This document shows, in pieces, positions 1-13,214 of a DNA stretch of 64,000 nucleotides; the first letter of the stretch is position 1, and the number at the start of each line of letters is the position of its first letter. Under the pieces are notes generated by a model. That model had not been told where the DNA came from. It worked only from the letters and a program-made list of their open reading frames with translations, and ran no database searches. This DNA comes from Heteronotia binoei (lineage: Eukaryota). The stretch spans positions 73,532,001-73,596,000 of the forward strand of contig NC_083230.1 in NCBI RefSeq assembly GCF_032191835.1, written 5' to 3'. The position numbers and the translations under genes were made by a program.

Positions 1-1760
1 CTATTTTTCTGGGAATGATAATACAATGTACTGAAATAAGTGCATACCTAAAATTGAATAGATTTCCATTGTCCTTCAAAAAAGGATTTTTAAACATTAT
101 GCATATCTTGCTTTTCTTCTTAAGCAAGATTCAAAGTGAGTTAGGATTCACTTTCTTGTAATTTCAAAGGGCATCAGGTAAGCCAAAAATATTCTGGAAT
201 AAATCTATGATAAAGACGCTTACCCAAAATGCCAAATGGAGGGCTGAATGTATCTTCTATTCTTTAGAGAAAGTGCAGCAGAAGTGATGGTTCATTAAGT
301 CCTATGTATCAGAGGGCTCCCACTCTGTTAGGATCCAACAGGTAGTACTGCTTCCAGGGATTTTTTAGAATATTCCTGCTGGGGTGCTATGTTAGATATG
401 GTTGTCCAGCTGCCTGAAAAAAAGGCAGAAGAACAAGCCTTCATAAAACATAAGGGGTGGGGTTGAATGTTACGGCTTGGCTTTGCTGTTCACAACATAC
501 TAGCCGTTTGGGAACTAGCAATTTGTCCCTGAAATTTACCCCTAAAACACAATGACAGGCCAAAAATCAACACAGAATGACATGTGCTTTCCATTTCCTG
601 CAGGAGTTTAGAATGAGAAAAGGCCAAAATATGTCATTAATGGTTATCAGCTGAATGTTGCAGGTAAAAGTTGTATGTGTGCAGAAGTTTGCAAATCAAA
701 TAGGAAAGAGTCCCATATTGCCCACTGGGATTTACTAACTCATGAATCATGAAAAAAAAATCAGAGTTTGGATAGTCAACTAATTTATTGCCCTGATGAA
801 TCTTTGCTGCACTAGATTCACTAATGGGATTATTTTCACAGGCATTGAACACAAGATTATAGGTTTCCCTTTTCACATTAATGTACAATCTTGTGTAGTT
901 TCCAAATCCAGGGAGATGATCATATTCTGTATGTTATGTAGTTTGGGAAGTACTCTACTGTAAGAAAAGTATACATCTATAGTTTTCAGATTTTGCCTTC
1001 CGGTTTTTAAAACTTTTGGAATGTGTTAATGATAGTGTCTAAGAACAGATCAGGAGACATCAATATAACTTATATAAAAGAATAATCTATACCATTCATC
1101 TCACATTCTCATGAGAATAAAGATGACCAAGAGATTATTCTTATATTTGAAGGAAAATTCTTACAGTGCTGTGCAGCATGTTTGTGAAAATATTATTGAT
1201 AATGGTATTCATCAAATACATGAAGTTAAAGGTTTGGGGGAAGATATGTTTGCTAAATATTACAAAGTTGATTGGTCTTCTATTCTATAAATACAATAAT
1301 ATGCAAGTTTATTTGTGAGTGGGTCCCATATGGGCCATGTTCATAGGATGCTAACTTCCACATGTTTCAACTCCTTTTTGCAATATGCAGGTGGTAGTTG
1401 AAGTGAAATATTTTTGCATTAAATTCATGTATGAATTGAAATCAATTTATTTAAGCACATTAATTTTGTGTCAAGTTGTGTACATAGAATCCAGTCCAGA
1501 GTTTCACAAGTGCACATTTTATGTTCGATTGGCTCTATGAGGAGAAAGTTCAGTTGTCCAGAACAACTGGCCGAAATATTTGGCCAAAAAAAATTCAGAT
1601 TGAAATTAGAAATTCTGTGAAGTCAATTAAGACATCTAAATATTTCACAGAAGACAAATTACCTGGCTGTACACCATTAAAATCTAAAATTTGTAGTTTA
1701 TATCCTGAATTAATCCAGTCTACATCCACTGAAATTAATGAGATTATAAAGAAGTAAGTG

Positions 1761-2044
1761 GCTGTTTTCGCACTGACCTTAATCAGCAGCGAGGCCCCTC
1801 TTCACCACGCAGGATCGGCGCGGATTTCGCACTAATTGCCGCGGAGCACCCGGAAGAGCCGGAAAGTCCCGCGGCTTTTGCAGCGCAAACGGAAACCACC
1901 AAAAACCAGTTTCCATTTGCGCCGCAAAAGCCGCGGGACTTTCCGGCTCTTCCGGGTGCTCCACGGCAATTAGTGCGAAATCCGCGCCGATCCTGCGCGG
2001 TGAAGAGGGGCGTCGCTGCTGATTAAGGTCATTGCGAAAACGCC
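1761..2044. mobile_element. Palindromic MITE (non-autonomous DNA transposon, possibly PIF/Harbinger-type)
   Basis: Almost the whole 284 bp folds back (GCTGTTTTCGCACTGACCTTAATCAGCAGCG ... CGCTGCTGATTAAGGTCATTGCGAAAACGCC). Flanked by GTG/GTG (1758-1760, 2045-2047), a possible 3-bp TSD. CpG-rich against AT-rich flanks. Confidence 0.8.
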
Positions 2045-2850
2045 GTGTTGGTCTGCACTGTTAGACACTCAGCTCTAAATCAGTTCTCTTTGGGCTTGTA
2101 GTTATGGTAAAATTATCTTCTACTCTAATACTACAAAAAAGAGAAGAAATTACAAGCCATCTCATATTTTGTAAAGTAGAAATCACATTATGTTAAATTA
2201 TTCGAATATGTGATGAGCACAGTTGCTCCACAGTTTGCATCTGCCTCCTTGTATAGATCTGCTAGATCAAAGGTGCATTATGGTGCAGATATATGGTGTA
2301 GCTGCACAGCAGAACAAAACAAGAAGTGGACACAAAATGACTGATAACAAAATTTGTCCCTCTAGATGGAGAGATATTATGCTTGCAGTGTAGAATATTT
2401 GTGGTGAATGAGGATGGAATGTAGATGCTTATATAGCCAACATTGCTGGCAGATTAGCCTGTTATCCAGATCATAATGAGCTACACACAAACATATATCA
2501 TGCCAGAGAAGCCTATTAGACAAGGAGCATGCTGAAGAATCAATTATGCCAGATGGTACACAAGAAAGCAAAATGCCAAAACAAACAAAAACAAACCAGG
2601 GAAAAATCATTACCCAAAGAAGTTTGGGACAAAAATAGATCATGGTTCCAAATACATTGTCTCATATGTTGATCCCTTTTGTCCTTTCCTCAATACTTTT
2701 TTCACTGTAATACCCTCTTATTCCATATAATCGGTGCTGTGGTCATCTGAAACCTTAGAAAGTAAGAGGCGGGTGAGCAGAGAATCTCAAATATTTATCA
2801 AAGGCAGCTCAGTTCCAGAGGTAACACAAACACATGTAGCTGCTTTACAC

Positions 2851-3010
2851 TGAATCAGACTACTGGCCCATCAAATTGAGTACTACCTGTTAAGACTGGC
2901 AAAGGCTTTTGAAGGTCTTAGGCAGATAGCTCTCATATCACTTACCACCTGATCCTTTTAGCTGCAGATTCTAGGGGTTGAACCTAGATACTCTACCACT
3001 GAGCCACAGC
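2851..3010 (-). mobile_element. Decayed tRNA-headed SINE fragment
   Basis: Similar to the better-preserved copy at 13563-13767 (tgaatcagac...ggggttgaacc...ctctaccactgagcc). Confidence 0.55.
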
Positions 3011-4517
3011 CACAGTTTTCATTTCTATAAAATGATGCCCCAGCCCTTTTTATTGTGGAGATATATGGAAGGAAGGTGCTGCTGATTTTTGTCCTAATTT
3101 CCTGGAAAAGAATGGGGAAGGAAGTTGTGAGATAGCAGATGCAGAGGAGATAAAAATTCAACCAGATCCATGTTTGCTGTGAGAACCATACCCTCAGAGA
3201 GCCACTATGAATGTCACGTGGAAAGAAAAATAAAAACAAAACAAAAAATGGAGAAAAGTATGCTGAAGACTAGTGTGTAAACTGTTGCCAACTTTCTATC
3301 TCTGCATTCAGAACAATAAGAACAACATAAAAAACCCTTGTTATTTGGAAGCAGCCTAATTGTTGCCATGTATCTCATTAAGGACTCAGCAAAACATTTC
3401 TCTATTTACAATGAAAATATATTTATATTTTTGTGGAAAAACAATTTTTTATCTGGCATTGTCTTTTTTCCTTTTGACCCCTGACTCCTTTCCTAGGGGC
3501 TCACAATCCATGGTTGAGATTCATTGACCTAAGATTAGCCAATCCAGAGAGCTGCATAATATTGTTGTTACTTTACTCTGTTTTCCTCATTATATCAAAT
3601 AATCTGCTTGTAAAAGAAACAGTATTTTGAGCCACCAGGCTTAAATACTTTAAATAGTTTAAAATCAGATCATTAAAGTTTGTTCTAACAAATAATTGTG
3701 GCCTAAAATAACATGTATTTATGTCTCAGTCAATCATATGTGTCAACAGCCTTGGAACCTGTTTGCAGAAAGAGATAAATCTGAGTACAAAGTTTTAGTT
3801 GGATCCAGATTAATTTTTCCAATGGCAAAATGGAACTTTCGGCCTTCCACATCAGCCCATTGATCTCCAACCAATACAGCTCGGGACCCTGAGGAAGACA
3901 TGAGGGTGATCTGCAGCAGGAATGAGGAATCAGTGGAAATTGCCAGTTCAGTCTGGATCCAAACCTTTGCTTAGTTTTAAGATAACTATTGCTATTACTT
4001 TCAGTTATGAGATGTTAACTGCCCAGAAAAATGAGGCCACACTTGCCTATGTAAACTCATCAGAAGGAGTAGTGACAAGTTGTACCATGTCAGTGAAAAG
4101 AGAAACAACTTGTCTTACCAACAGATGTTCATTTTGGAAACATCTTTAATTCATAACCTAAGAGATTTAGCAGATGCTCCATTAGTCAACTAGTACTCTG
4201 TAGGGCTGAAGTGTAAGCATAGACCATTTAGCCTTCTATAGAGCTGACATACTTCTAGTGTTGGACGATCACTAGAGACTTCAACTTTCATATGTCACAA
4301 TTACTTTCATATGTCACAATTTTATTTTGGCAAAATAATGTTTCTTCCATCAGCAGGTTGCATACTATTCTCTGCAGCAGCAGCAGTTCTCAAACTGTAC
4401 ATCAGGAACCAAAAGTAGGTTACAGTTCCCTTAGGAGTGAGTCACCAGGCCAGGAAGAGAAACAAAATGGTAGAGCTAGAAGAGGACAGTCTGGGAGGTC
4501 AGTGGTAACTTTTATAG

Positions 4518-4787
4518 AACCATCGAATCATAGAGATGGAAGGGACCTCCAGGGTCATCTAGTCCAATACCTTGAACAATGCAGGAATTTCACAAATAAC
4601 TCCCACACACACATACATCTCCAGTGACCCCTACTCCATGCCCAGAAGATGGCAAAAACCTCCAGGATCTCTTCTCAAATTGGCCTGGAGAAAAATTGCT
4701 GACTGACTCCGAAGTGGCAATTAGCATTTCCCTGGGCATGTAAGAATAGGCCATGAGAACTAAGCACTGATGCAACCCTTCCTGCCC
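4518..4787 (-). mobile_element. CR1-type LINE 3' fragment
   Basis: aatcatagagatggaagggacctccagggtcatctagtcc is the reverse complement of a CR1-type 3' end. The same motif recurs at 60067. Confidence 0.65.
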
Positions 4788-5121
4788 AAGTTGGGCTTGC
4801 CACTGCCTAATGTACAAAACAACCATAAACTAAAGCCTGCTGGTCAAGTATGCTATATCTTTATAAATACTAAATATGTAAACTAAACTCTAAGCTTGTT
4901 CAATATCAACTGATGTGAGCTTCCTTCATTTTATGTTGGGAAGGGGGAGAGTAATAGAGTTACATTGTAAGCAGGTCTCAAACAGCACAGTAAGTAAAAA
5001 AGTAGATTGTACTTTATTTTTTTTAATTGAGAAATGCTTTTGTATAGGCTTTCCTTCTTGATATCTTTGTGATATGAAAGGATAGACTGCATACTTTTCT
5101 TAGAGTTTTATGTGATGGAAT

Positions 5122-5998
5122 TGTGACACTCTATCACACCCTGCTATGGCGACGCCAGCCTATTGCCTCCTGCCTCAGCGAGGGCAGCTAAATATACGTT
5201 AGTCTCTTCGGGGGTCTGATATGGTAGATGAGCAGGGGACCACTGCAGATTTAAAGTCTTTCCCAATCACACGAGCACCAGAGAACGTAACAGCAAACTA
5301 TAGTTCTATATTTACAAAATGGGCTTTAACTGGGGGATGGGATGTATATACAGAGGCTAGTTTATATCTTGTAGGAATAACATTGGCTATACAGTATGTT
5401 GGCTAGACCCTCCAGCAATGCTCTGAGGTATTTCAGGGTACACAGTTCTTCTATTAATCCACTCTCCTAAACTTTAATCAGGCTGGCCTCTTGGGCTTTG
5501 AGTGCCTGGTCCCTTGAGTCTTCTGGTTTGATAAGCCCCAGCTCTCCTGACTCCCTCAGACCCACGGCTCTCCCTCAGCCTCCTTATAAACTCCTAGGAG
5601 CAGTGTATCATATGTCTGTGACCACTAAAGTCTTCCACTTAGACATTCTCTGTCACCTTCCTCTTCCTTAGAGGACACTTGTGACCTAGAGATATGCCTC
5701 ACGCTCAGCCACCTGGCTGATTTCACAGAGTGTAGATAGAGCTTCACTTCACACCAAGCCTCTCTCACACTCTCTGAGTCCAACTCTTTCTTTCTGACCG
5801 TTTTTTCCTCCCTATCAGTTAACCTCTGAGCCGTTAGCTGTCACTCAGGACTTGAGAGTTCTGAGCACCCCTGGCCCCCACCTTCGGGTCACATGACTCA
5901 GGGCTCTCTGAGTCCTCAGCTTCTCCATTAACCCATTAATTCCGTCACACTCTCCTTATGCATACTTTTTACAATACCAAATAAAGTATCGAGTAACA
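5122..5998 (-). mobile_element. Putative solo LTR (Gypsy/ERV-like)
   Basis: TGTGAC...GTAACA inverted termini (TG...CA) and a minus-strand TATA-like TTTATAAGG near 5582-5590. No TSD found. Confidence 0.5.
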
Positions 5999-8113
5999 TA
6001 CTCTGATGTGTTCTTAAGGGAAGTAATTCTTTAGATAGCATTAGTGACCTGCTATTCTAGTTGCTTCCAAGGATGTATGAGAAAGAAATGCCCTCAGAAT
6101 AGGGTTGCCAAGTCCAATTCAAGAAATATCTGGGGACTTTGAGGGTAGAGCCAGGAGATTTTGGGGGTGGAGCCAGAAGACATTGGGGGCAGAGCCAGGA
6201 GCAAGGGTGTGACAAGCATAATTGAACTCCAAGGGAGTTCTGGCCATCACATTTAATGGTACAGCACACCTTTTAAAATGCCTTTCTTCCATAGGAAATA
6301 ATGAAGGATAAGGGCACCTTCTTTTGGGGCTCATAGAATTGGACCCCCTGGTCCAATCGATTTGAAATTTGGGGGGTATTTTGGGAAAAGGCATTAGATG
6401 CTATACTGAAAATTTGGCGCCTCTACCTCAAAAAACAGGCCCCCCCAGAGCCCCTGATACCCACGGATTAATTCTCCATTATTCCCTATGGAAATCATTC
6501 TCCATAGACAATCAAGATGGCAGTGCGCAAGGAGCTCCGGTGCTAGACGGACGTGGCAGAGAGGTCTGCAGAGAGCGGTCTGCAGCTTTGTTCTGGCTTT
6601 GGCCTCATCACCGGAATACATTGGTGTCCATGCCTCTGTGGGCCTTGGCAGAGAAACCGGGGGAGCGCCAAGGGAGCCTCTGCTCCCCCGGAACACCCTG
6701 TGGTGCCGGCTTGATTTCAAGGTGCTGAAGGGCTGGTGGTCGGCCAGGGTGGGAGTGGGAGCAAGGGTGGGAGTGGAGCAAGGGCCTTGTGCTCCATCTG
6801 GTGAGAAGCTGGGAGGGGAACTTCCTTTTCCACCCTTTGCTCTGGCAGACTGAGAGTGTGCCTTCGGCGCCTGGGGATACTTTGGCACTCGAACTGCACC
6901 GGATCGCACTTTACACTTGCTGCACTTTATTCCATCCAGAACTCAGAGATCTTCAACTCATTTCATCAAGAAAGGACCGATAGAGAGCTTGCTTTGCTTT
7001 CAACCTATGCATTTAGCACATTATTTACACTTTGGTGGAGCCCATTGTCTTACTCAGCTCATTTGTTACTACTGAGCCATATTGTTCATTGCTGGTTAAA
7101 TTCAATTTACTTAGTTAATTGGTTTGTTAGGCTGGGCTAATCCAATTGGTAAAGTTGTCTGTATTTGTATTAGTATTTAAGAGATTGAGGAGGGTCTTAA
7201 TTAATTGGTTAGTTTGAGGAGAGATTTGATTAATGTAATTATCAATTGGATTGAGTAATCTCATAGATTAGAAGGAAGGGTTTAATTAATTAACTAGTGG
7301 AAATTAAATTGATTATTAAATTGATGCCTTTTAATTGTAATTTAAAGATTGGTTTTAGTTAGTGGATTGAGTCAATTGGGTTAAATTTAAGTGCGGAGGG
7401 TGTCCTATATTAATTAGCTAATAAAGGTTTAAATTAGTAGTAGGGGTCAATTTATCTGAAAAATTTAGATTCTGTGATTAATGGGCCTGAAGTGTAATAG
7501 ATTAAGGAACACAAGCTAGGTGAACCAACTCGGCTCGATAGCACTGTTCAGGGGAGGCCATGACTGGGTCAGGAATTTCGGTCATTTTGGGGCAGGGGAG
7601 ATATGACAGTGGGACTAGGTTTCAGAGATCAGGAACAGTCTAGAGATATGGGAAAGCTCGGACCTCTTCCCTCCTACGTCCCATCCCAAGGTATGCAGGT
7701 TGTGAGGCTAGAAAGATTTATTCGGCTCTGACATTGGTGTTGATTAATGCCAGGCCTATCAATAATAAGACCTACACCCTACATGATTATTTTATGGAAC
7801 AACAGATAGACCTGAATCAGCTTACCCCACTCGGGTTCTCAGTCCTCCACCAATCGTGGACTACTGGCCGGGGGGGGGGGGTTGTGGGGCTCATTCGTGA
7901 GTCTTTCTCTTTCAGGACACTTCCTGACCCAAACATCATGGGCATTGAATGTGTTGGTATGATATGGGAAGCCGAGGAGAGTTTGGCTATCTGGGTTGTG
8001 TACTGGGCACCCAACACACCCCCAGAGAGCCTGCCTGCTCTGCTAGAGGCGGTATCAACTTGGGCATTGGCATTCCCCAGATTATTAGTCCTGGGGGATT
8101 TCAATGTTCATGT

Positions 8114-8409
8114 AGCAACAACAGCAACAGCAAGCCTTTATTGGCATAAAACAGATTTAGCAGTAAAATAGCAATATAAATAATATAAAATCCTAGATTA
8201 TAGAGTACATAGGGAGCTAATATACATAAAATAAGTAAAATATATATGAGTCGAGTTTAGCCAAATTAAATAATTAAAACAAATAAAAAGTGGTCATTCC
8301 AGAACCATTCTCTGTCCTATTTCCATGGCCTGTTGAAGAAATCTAGCCACCATTAAAGTGGTGTCATTTAAAAGTTTGTGGACACTTGTTGGGAGTCTAT
8401 GTCCTTACC
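8114..8409 (-). mobile_element. 3' fragment of an RTEX-like LINE inserted in the L2
   Basis: Flanked by aatgttcatgt/aatgtccatgt (8103-8113, 8410-8420), a TSD with 1 mismatch. Minus strand has AATAAA plus a (GTT/GCT)n tail. It translates ...KLLNDTTLMVARFLQQAMEIGQR*, resembling the C-terminus of the 9303-9806 ORF. Confidence 0.6.
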
Positions 8410-9225
8410 AATGTCCATGTTGATGATGCAGCTTCCATGCAGGTCCAGGACCTGGTGTCATCCATGGAGACACTGGGGCTCAGCCAGATTGTTTTGGCTC
8501 CCACTCATCAGGCCGGACATACGCTCAATTTGGTCTTTGGGGCAGGGATAATACCAGATCTGATAGCTGTCAATACAGTTCCATGGTCAGATCATTCTGC
8601 CCTGAAAGTCTGACTGGACCAGCAGCCCGCCTCCTGTTTGGGCGGCGAGCAGATTTATGCTTGCCCACAGAGCCAACTGGCCCCAGAGCGGCTTCAGGAG
8701 GCTCTGCGGGATCCGATGCCTCCAGGCTAGTGGAGGACTGGTATTCCTGGCTCTCCACAGCCATCGATGATATTGTGTCCCGGCACCCTCTTCGCTGCTG
8801 CACCAAAGCAGTGCCTTGGTATACCTTGGAGCTGCAGAAAATGAAGCGGCAGCTTAGATGGTTAGAGCGAGTGTGGCAGTGATCCTATGATGAAGAGTCT
8901 AGAACTTCTTATAGAACATTTATGAAGGTCTATGAGAAGGGAGTGAAGTCCACTAAGAGAGATTTCTATGTGGCCTCCATTGCATCTGCGAAATTGCACC
9001 CAGACCAATTATTTAAAACGATTCAATAATTGACTATGGTGCCAGTTGGCAATCAAAAGTTTAGGGAATTGGATATCAGCTATGAGGCCTTTGTTATTTA
9101 TTTATTTATTACATTCAATCTATATCCCGCCCTCTTCGCAAGCGGACTCAGGGCGGCTCACAACATTATACAATACAATCAACCCAATAAAACATATAAA
9201 ACCATAATTTACTTATTTCAATTTT

Positions 9226-9929
9226 AAACCATTCTATGGCGCTGCTTCAGCACAATATAAGCGGTATTGAATTCTCGACTGTGATCACCAGAGTCCCTAG
9301 CAATGATGGAACTGAGGGATGCGAAAGAACTTTTGCGCCTGAGGTTGGTTGAGCTTGAACTGAGATCTGCTAGAGCTAGTCTTTCTGCGCACATTTTCTT
9401 AGGGATGCAAGCCGAAGTACTGTCCCCAGCCAGGTATCTTTTCAACATCACTATCCCAAAATATCGGATAGCTTTCTCAAAAGCACGACTCAACGCACTT
9501 TTCTCTTCGGTGCTTTTGGGACGTTACGCTGGGTACCCATATCTGGAAAGATTGTGCCCCTGTAATTGCAATAAGGTCGAAACAACTCTCCACATCGTTT
9601 TGCACTGCCCTAATTACAATGACTTGAGGGCAAGATTAATCTCTCCGATTCTTGGGTCCTTGGCGGGCAGGCAGGAGGATGAGCAAATTGCCTTCCTCCT
9701 GTCTGACGCTCTTTCTGACGTTTCATCTAAGATTGCCCATTTCTGTTATGCTGCTCAGTTGGAAAGGAGGAAAATTGAGAATGTAAATCTTGGTTATGAG
9801 TTTTAACAATATGTGCAATAGTTGGCGTCAGGAATTTTGTGTAAGAGGTGATGGGTTTGTTTGTATGATTTTGTTTTTGTTTGTATTAAGCTGGTCGGAT
9901 GACCGTGAATAAAGTACTACTACTACTAC
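9226..9929 (+). mobile_element. 5'-truncated RTEX-like non-LTR retrotransposon; ORF2 C-terminus at 9303-9806
   Basis: Translation YRIAFSKARLN...GRY...ERLCPCNCNKVETTLHIVLHCPNYNDLR is a Cys/His C-terminal motif. Followed by AATAAA and a (TAC)n tail at about 9909-9929. Clade assignment is from memory of the motif. Confidence 0.7.
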
Positions 9930-12883
9930 ACCAGAATTCTATATGATGTCCGGTGTCAGCCCTTTTTCAATTAAACAGCAAAAGCCTGCTTAAACAATTC
10001 AGTCTTACAGGCAGACAATTTATTTCCCAGACAAAGTCTCAACTCTCCACCATAATCTCCCAGCAACAACTGACACAGTATGGGAACTGGAAGCCTGTTG
10101 TCCATCTTTGGGTCCTACTTTTAGATCTTTCTGCGTTTGACACGGTTGACTATGATCTAATGACCCACTGCCTTGCCGACATTGGAGTCCAGGGGGTTGC
10201 CTTACAGTGGTTTTCCTTCTTCCTCTGTGGTCGAGGACAAAGTGAGTGACGCGGGGAGGTCTTCTCGCCAAGCAACTAGCACCCTATCTGGCTCTTTGGG
10301 ACTTAGCTACAGTGATCCATGCAACAGTCACTTCCAAACTAGACTACTGTAACTTGCTCTACGCAGGCTTACCCTTGAGGCTGATCTGAAAGCTCCAGCT
10401 GGTGCAGAATGCCTGTATGGGAGAGCAGTTGGCCGATGCTGCACAGTTTGCACCAGCTACCAATTGAGTACTGGATCCGCTTTAAGGTTTTAGTATTGAC
10501 GTTCAAAGCCTTGCGCAGCCTGAGACCGGCATACTTGTGAGACCTTCTCTCCCCATGAGCCCCGGAGGTCGCTACAATCGGCCAACCAACATCCTCTGAC
10601 CATCCCTGGTCCAAAGGACATCCGGCTTGCCTTGACCAGGGCTTTTTCAGCCCTGGCCCCGGTGGAGGTTTGGGCCCTCCAGGATTTGTTACCATTCTGG
10701 AGGGCTTGCAAGATGGAGCTGTTCCATCGAGCCTATGGCTGAGGCAGACGGCTGCCGTATCATTTAAACGCCCCCCCCCCCCTGCACTGATTGCACTGTA
10801 CTGATTCCTTGAAACCAATATAGCCGGGATTTGAATACCTAGGTTGGGACAAGTAAGCCTAATCGATCTGTTCATACCATCTATGCCGCCTCACCTTATG
10901 TGAGCTGTGGCTTAATTGTCTTAATTTTAAACTGTTTTAACTGTTTTGTTTTAAATTGGTTTATTTTATTGTGTTGGAAGCCACCCTGAGCCCACTATGG
11001 GAAAGGGCAGCCTATAAATCTATGGAAATAAATAAATAAATAGAGAATAATTGCCCAGTATACATTTCCCTCCCCCCCCCGCTGCCACTTTCTGATGACC
11101 CTAAAGCGGGGGGGGGGGGCTCCAAACCTGGGGATTGGCAACCCTCTCTCTCACACACACACTTACTGGGTCTGGTTCCTCCACAACGACATCTGAAAAG
11201 AACAGGGTCTACACTGCTCTCTCTCACTCTCATGCACACACACTTAGTTGCTCTGAAACGAAAGCAAAACAAACTGAGGAACTGTGTTGCTGACCCTTCC
11301 CATGAAGTACTTCCTGCTCAACTTTAAAGGCACACAGACACAGATTTTGAAACGGACCTGTTTGCAGGTTTCTAAACCTGCCCAAGATCTAGAGCTGCAT
11401 GGTGGCTGTGGGGGCGGGGCTTCCCCCGCCAGCCAGCTGGCTGGGGGTGGGGGGAAGCCTGTAAAACTGGGGGATCTCCTGCTGGGACCTGAGGATTGGG
11501 AAGCCTACCTCAGATTCTTATATGGTCAACCTGAGCCAGAGAAGGCCAGGCATGCCTAAGTTTCTGTATACTATGCTCAATGTATGCTCAAGCTGGTATA
11601 AGTTATTAAGGTTTAATTGAAAAATTAACAAAGAAAAGTATTGTCCCTCAAGCAGTGAGACTAAAACTTTTATGTGGGAGCAAGTTTTAGCATGCATCTC
11701 CCCACATGAAAACCAAGCTGGTACAATTCCTGCAGAGGACAATTTTAGCCAGTGATTGTTTCAATTGGCTTTCCAATTGGTACTGTCAGATTTTATCAAT
11801 TAATTGGTATGACTAATAAATTTAACCTGTAATCATAAATGAAAACTTGGTTCCAATTAATTAGTCATGCTCACAATATTCAAAGATTTTTGAACTTACT
11901 ACAACTGATAGCATCAGCAAAGTTACTGACATTCTACATATACAAAAATAAAGAATAAATCTGGGTCATTACTGGATTAGTTTAAAAGAAGTTAAAGGTT
12001 TTTTATTATGCAAATTTCCTAGCACCCTAAGATACATGAGTCACACTTTATGCATGCATAACCACTTCCAAGTTGGCTTGCAGCTACTTATCAGTCAAAA
12101 TGATGACATCCATGCTATGTGACATACCCTTTCTCACTGGACTTCTTGCCAAAGCTAAGAACAGGCACATTCAGATGTAAGAGAAAGAGTGGAGAGATTC
12201 AAATCCAAAACCTAAGAAAATCCAACCTTTCTTTGTCTTGATTAGTCTTTTGTGTACTTATTATCCTTGCTAGCTGATCCCTAAAAACTGACATGGGATT
12301 CAGCTTCTTGAAAAAGCTGCTTGCTGCTAAAATTAATCCACAGATGATTCGCACTACGATTAGAGACTAGATGGATCCTTTCTGATGCATACGTATAATG
12401 ATGAACAAAGTCTAGGAATCTGTAAAATATCCTATTATTCTTTCACGTGCCTTGGCAGCATTCTGAATATAATTTCTGAAAAGTGATGTCCTTTTAATAG
12501 CTCTTCCAGTTCTGAGTCCAAAACAGTAACATGTGACTTTCTGTAATATATACTTAGAAAAATCATTTTAATGTAATCAACTTAATAAAGTTTATGCATC
12601 TTTCTTATTCAGCCCCATGCTTTCACAAAAGGATACACAGTTCATACATTTTTGCATTCTAAACTTGATATAAGAGATTAATTGCATGACAAGCCAGGCT
12701 CCTGTAAAGTTTATCTTTCTGTATATGCCATTTCTATTACACCCACTCCACCCTTTATTCTAAATGCTCTCCATCTTACTATTACCAAAGCAGCAAAAAC
12801 AAAAATAAATTTAATTTATACGCTACAATCTGTTGCACATTAGATCCTCTATTTACATAGCATTTATGTTTGGATTTTTAAGT

Positions 12884-13083
12884 AGTAGAAGAAGATATAT
12901 ACAAACCACCCTTAACTCGGAGTCTCAGAGTGGCTTACAATCGCCTTCCCTTCCCCTCCCCACAACAATCTGTGAGGTGGGTAGGGGCTGTGAAAGCTCT
13001 GAGATAATTGCTCTTGAGAGAACAGCTGTGAGAGAAACTGTAATTGACCCAGGGTCACGCCAGCAGCTTCATATGGAGAAGTA
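12884..13083 (-). mobile_element. Squam3-like (MIR/CORE-derived) SINE, partial
   Basis: Reverse complement of the family copy at 14365-14651. Confidence 0.8.
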
Positions 13084-13214
13084 GACTGCACAAGCCTGAA
13101 AAAGAATGTTCTATGTGTTTAACAGGGGGGTTATTGTGTGGAAATGGGCAGCTGAAGCATTTTATGACATACAGGTAAACAATATCACCTGAAAATAGCA
13201 TCCACCTTGACTTG

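Larger units (their letters stand above)
7560..10700 (+). pseudogene. L2 ORF2 (APE endonuclease-reverse transcriptase), disrupted
   Basis: ORF-track pieces 7734-8171, 8386-8613, 8583-8882 and 9953-10249 are successive ORF2 segments broken by stops, frameshifts, deletions and insertions. Confidence 0.85.
6509..11039 (+). mobile_element. Near full-length L2-clade LINE (degenerate, with nested insertions)
   Basis: APE motifs (LINARPINNK, LVLGDFNVH, PTHQAGHTL, WSDH) and RT motifs (LLDLSAFDTV). C-terminus SRLDYCNLLYAGLP/KLQLVQNA. (AAAT)n tail at about 11027-11040. Possible ATAGA TSD at 6504-6508 and 11040-11044. Confidence 0.85.
6100..11146. mobile_element. hAT-type MITE (TAGGGTTGCCA family) split by an L2 insertion: parts 6100-6508 and 11040-11146
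   Basis: Left TIR tagggttgcca at 6100 and right TIR tggcaaccct at about 11136-11146. The two halves join collinearly with the intact family copies at 19180-19660 and 32428-32907. Confidence 0.8.
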
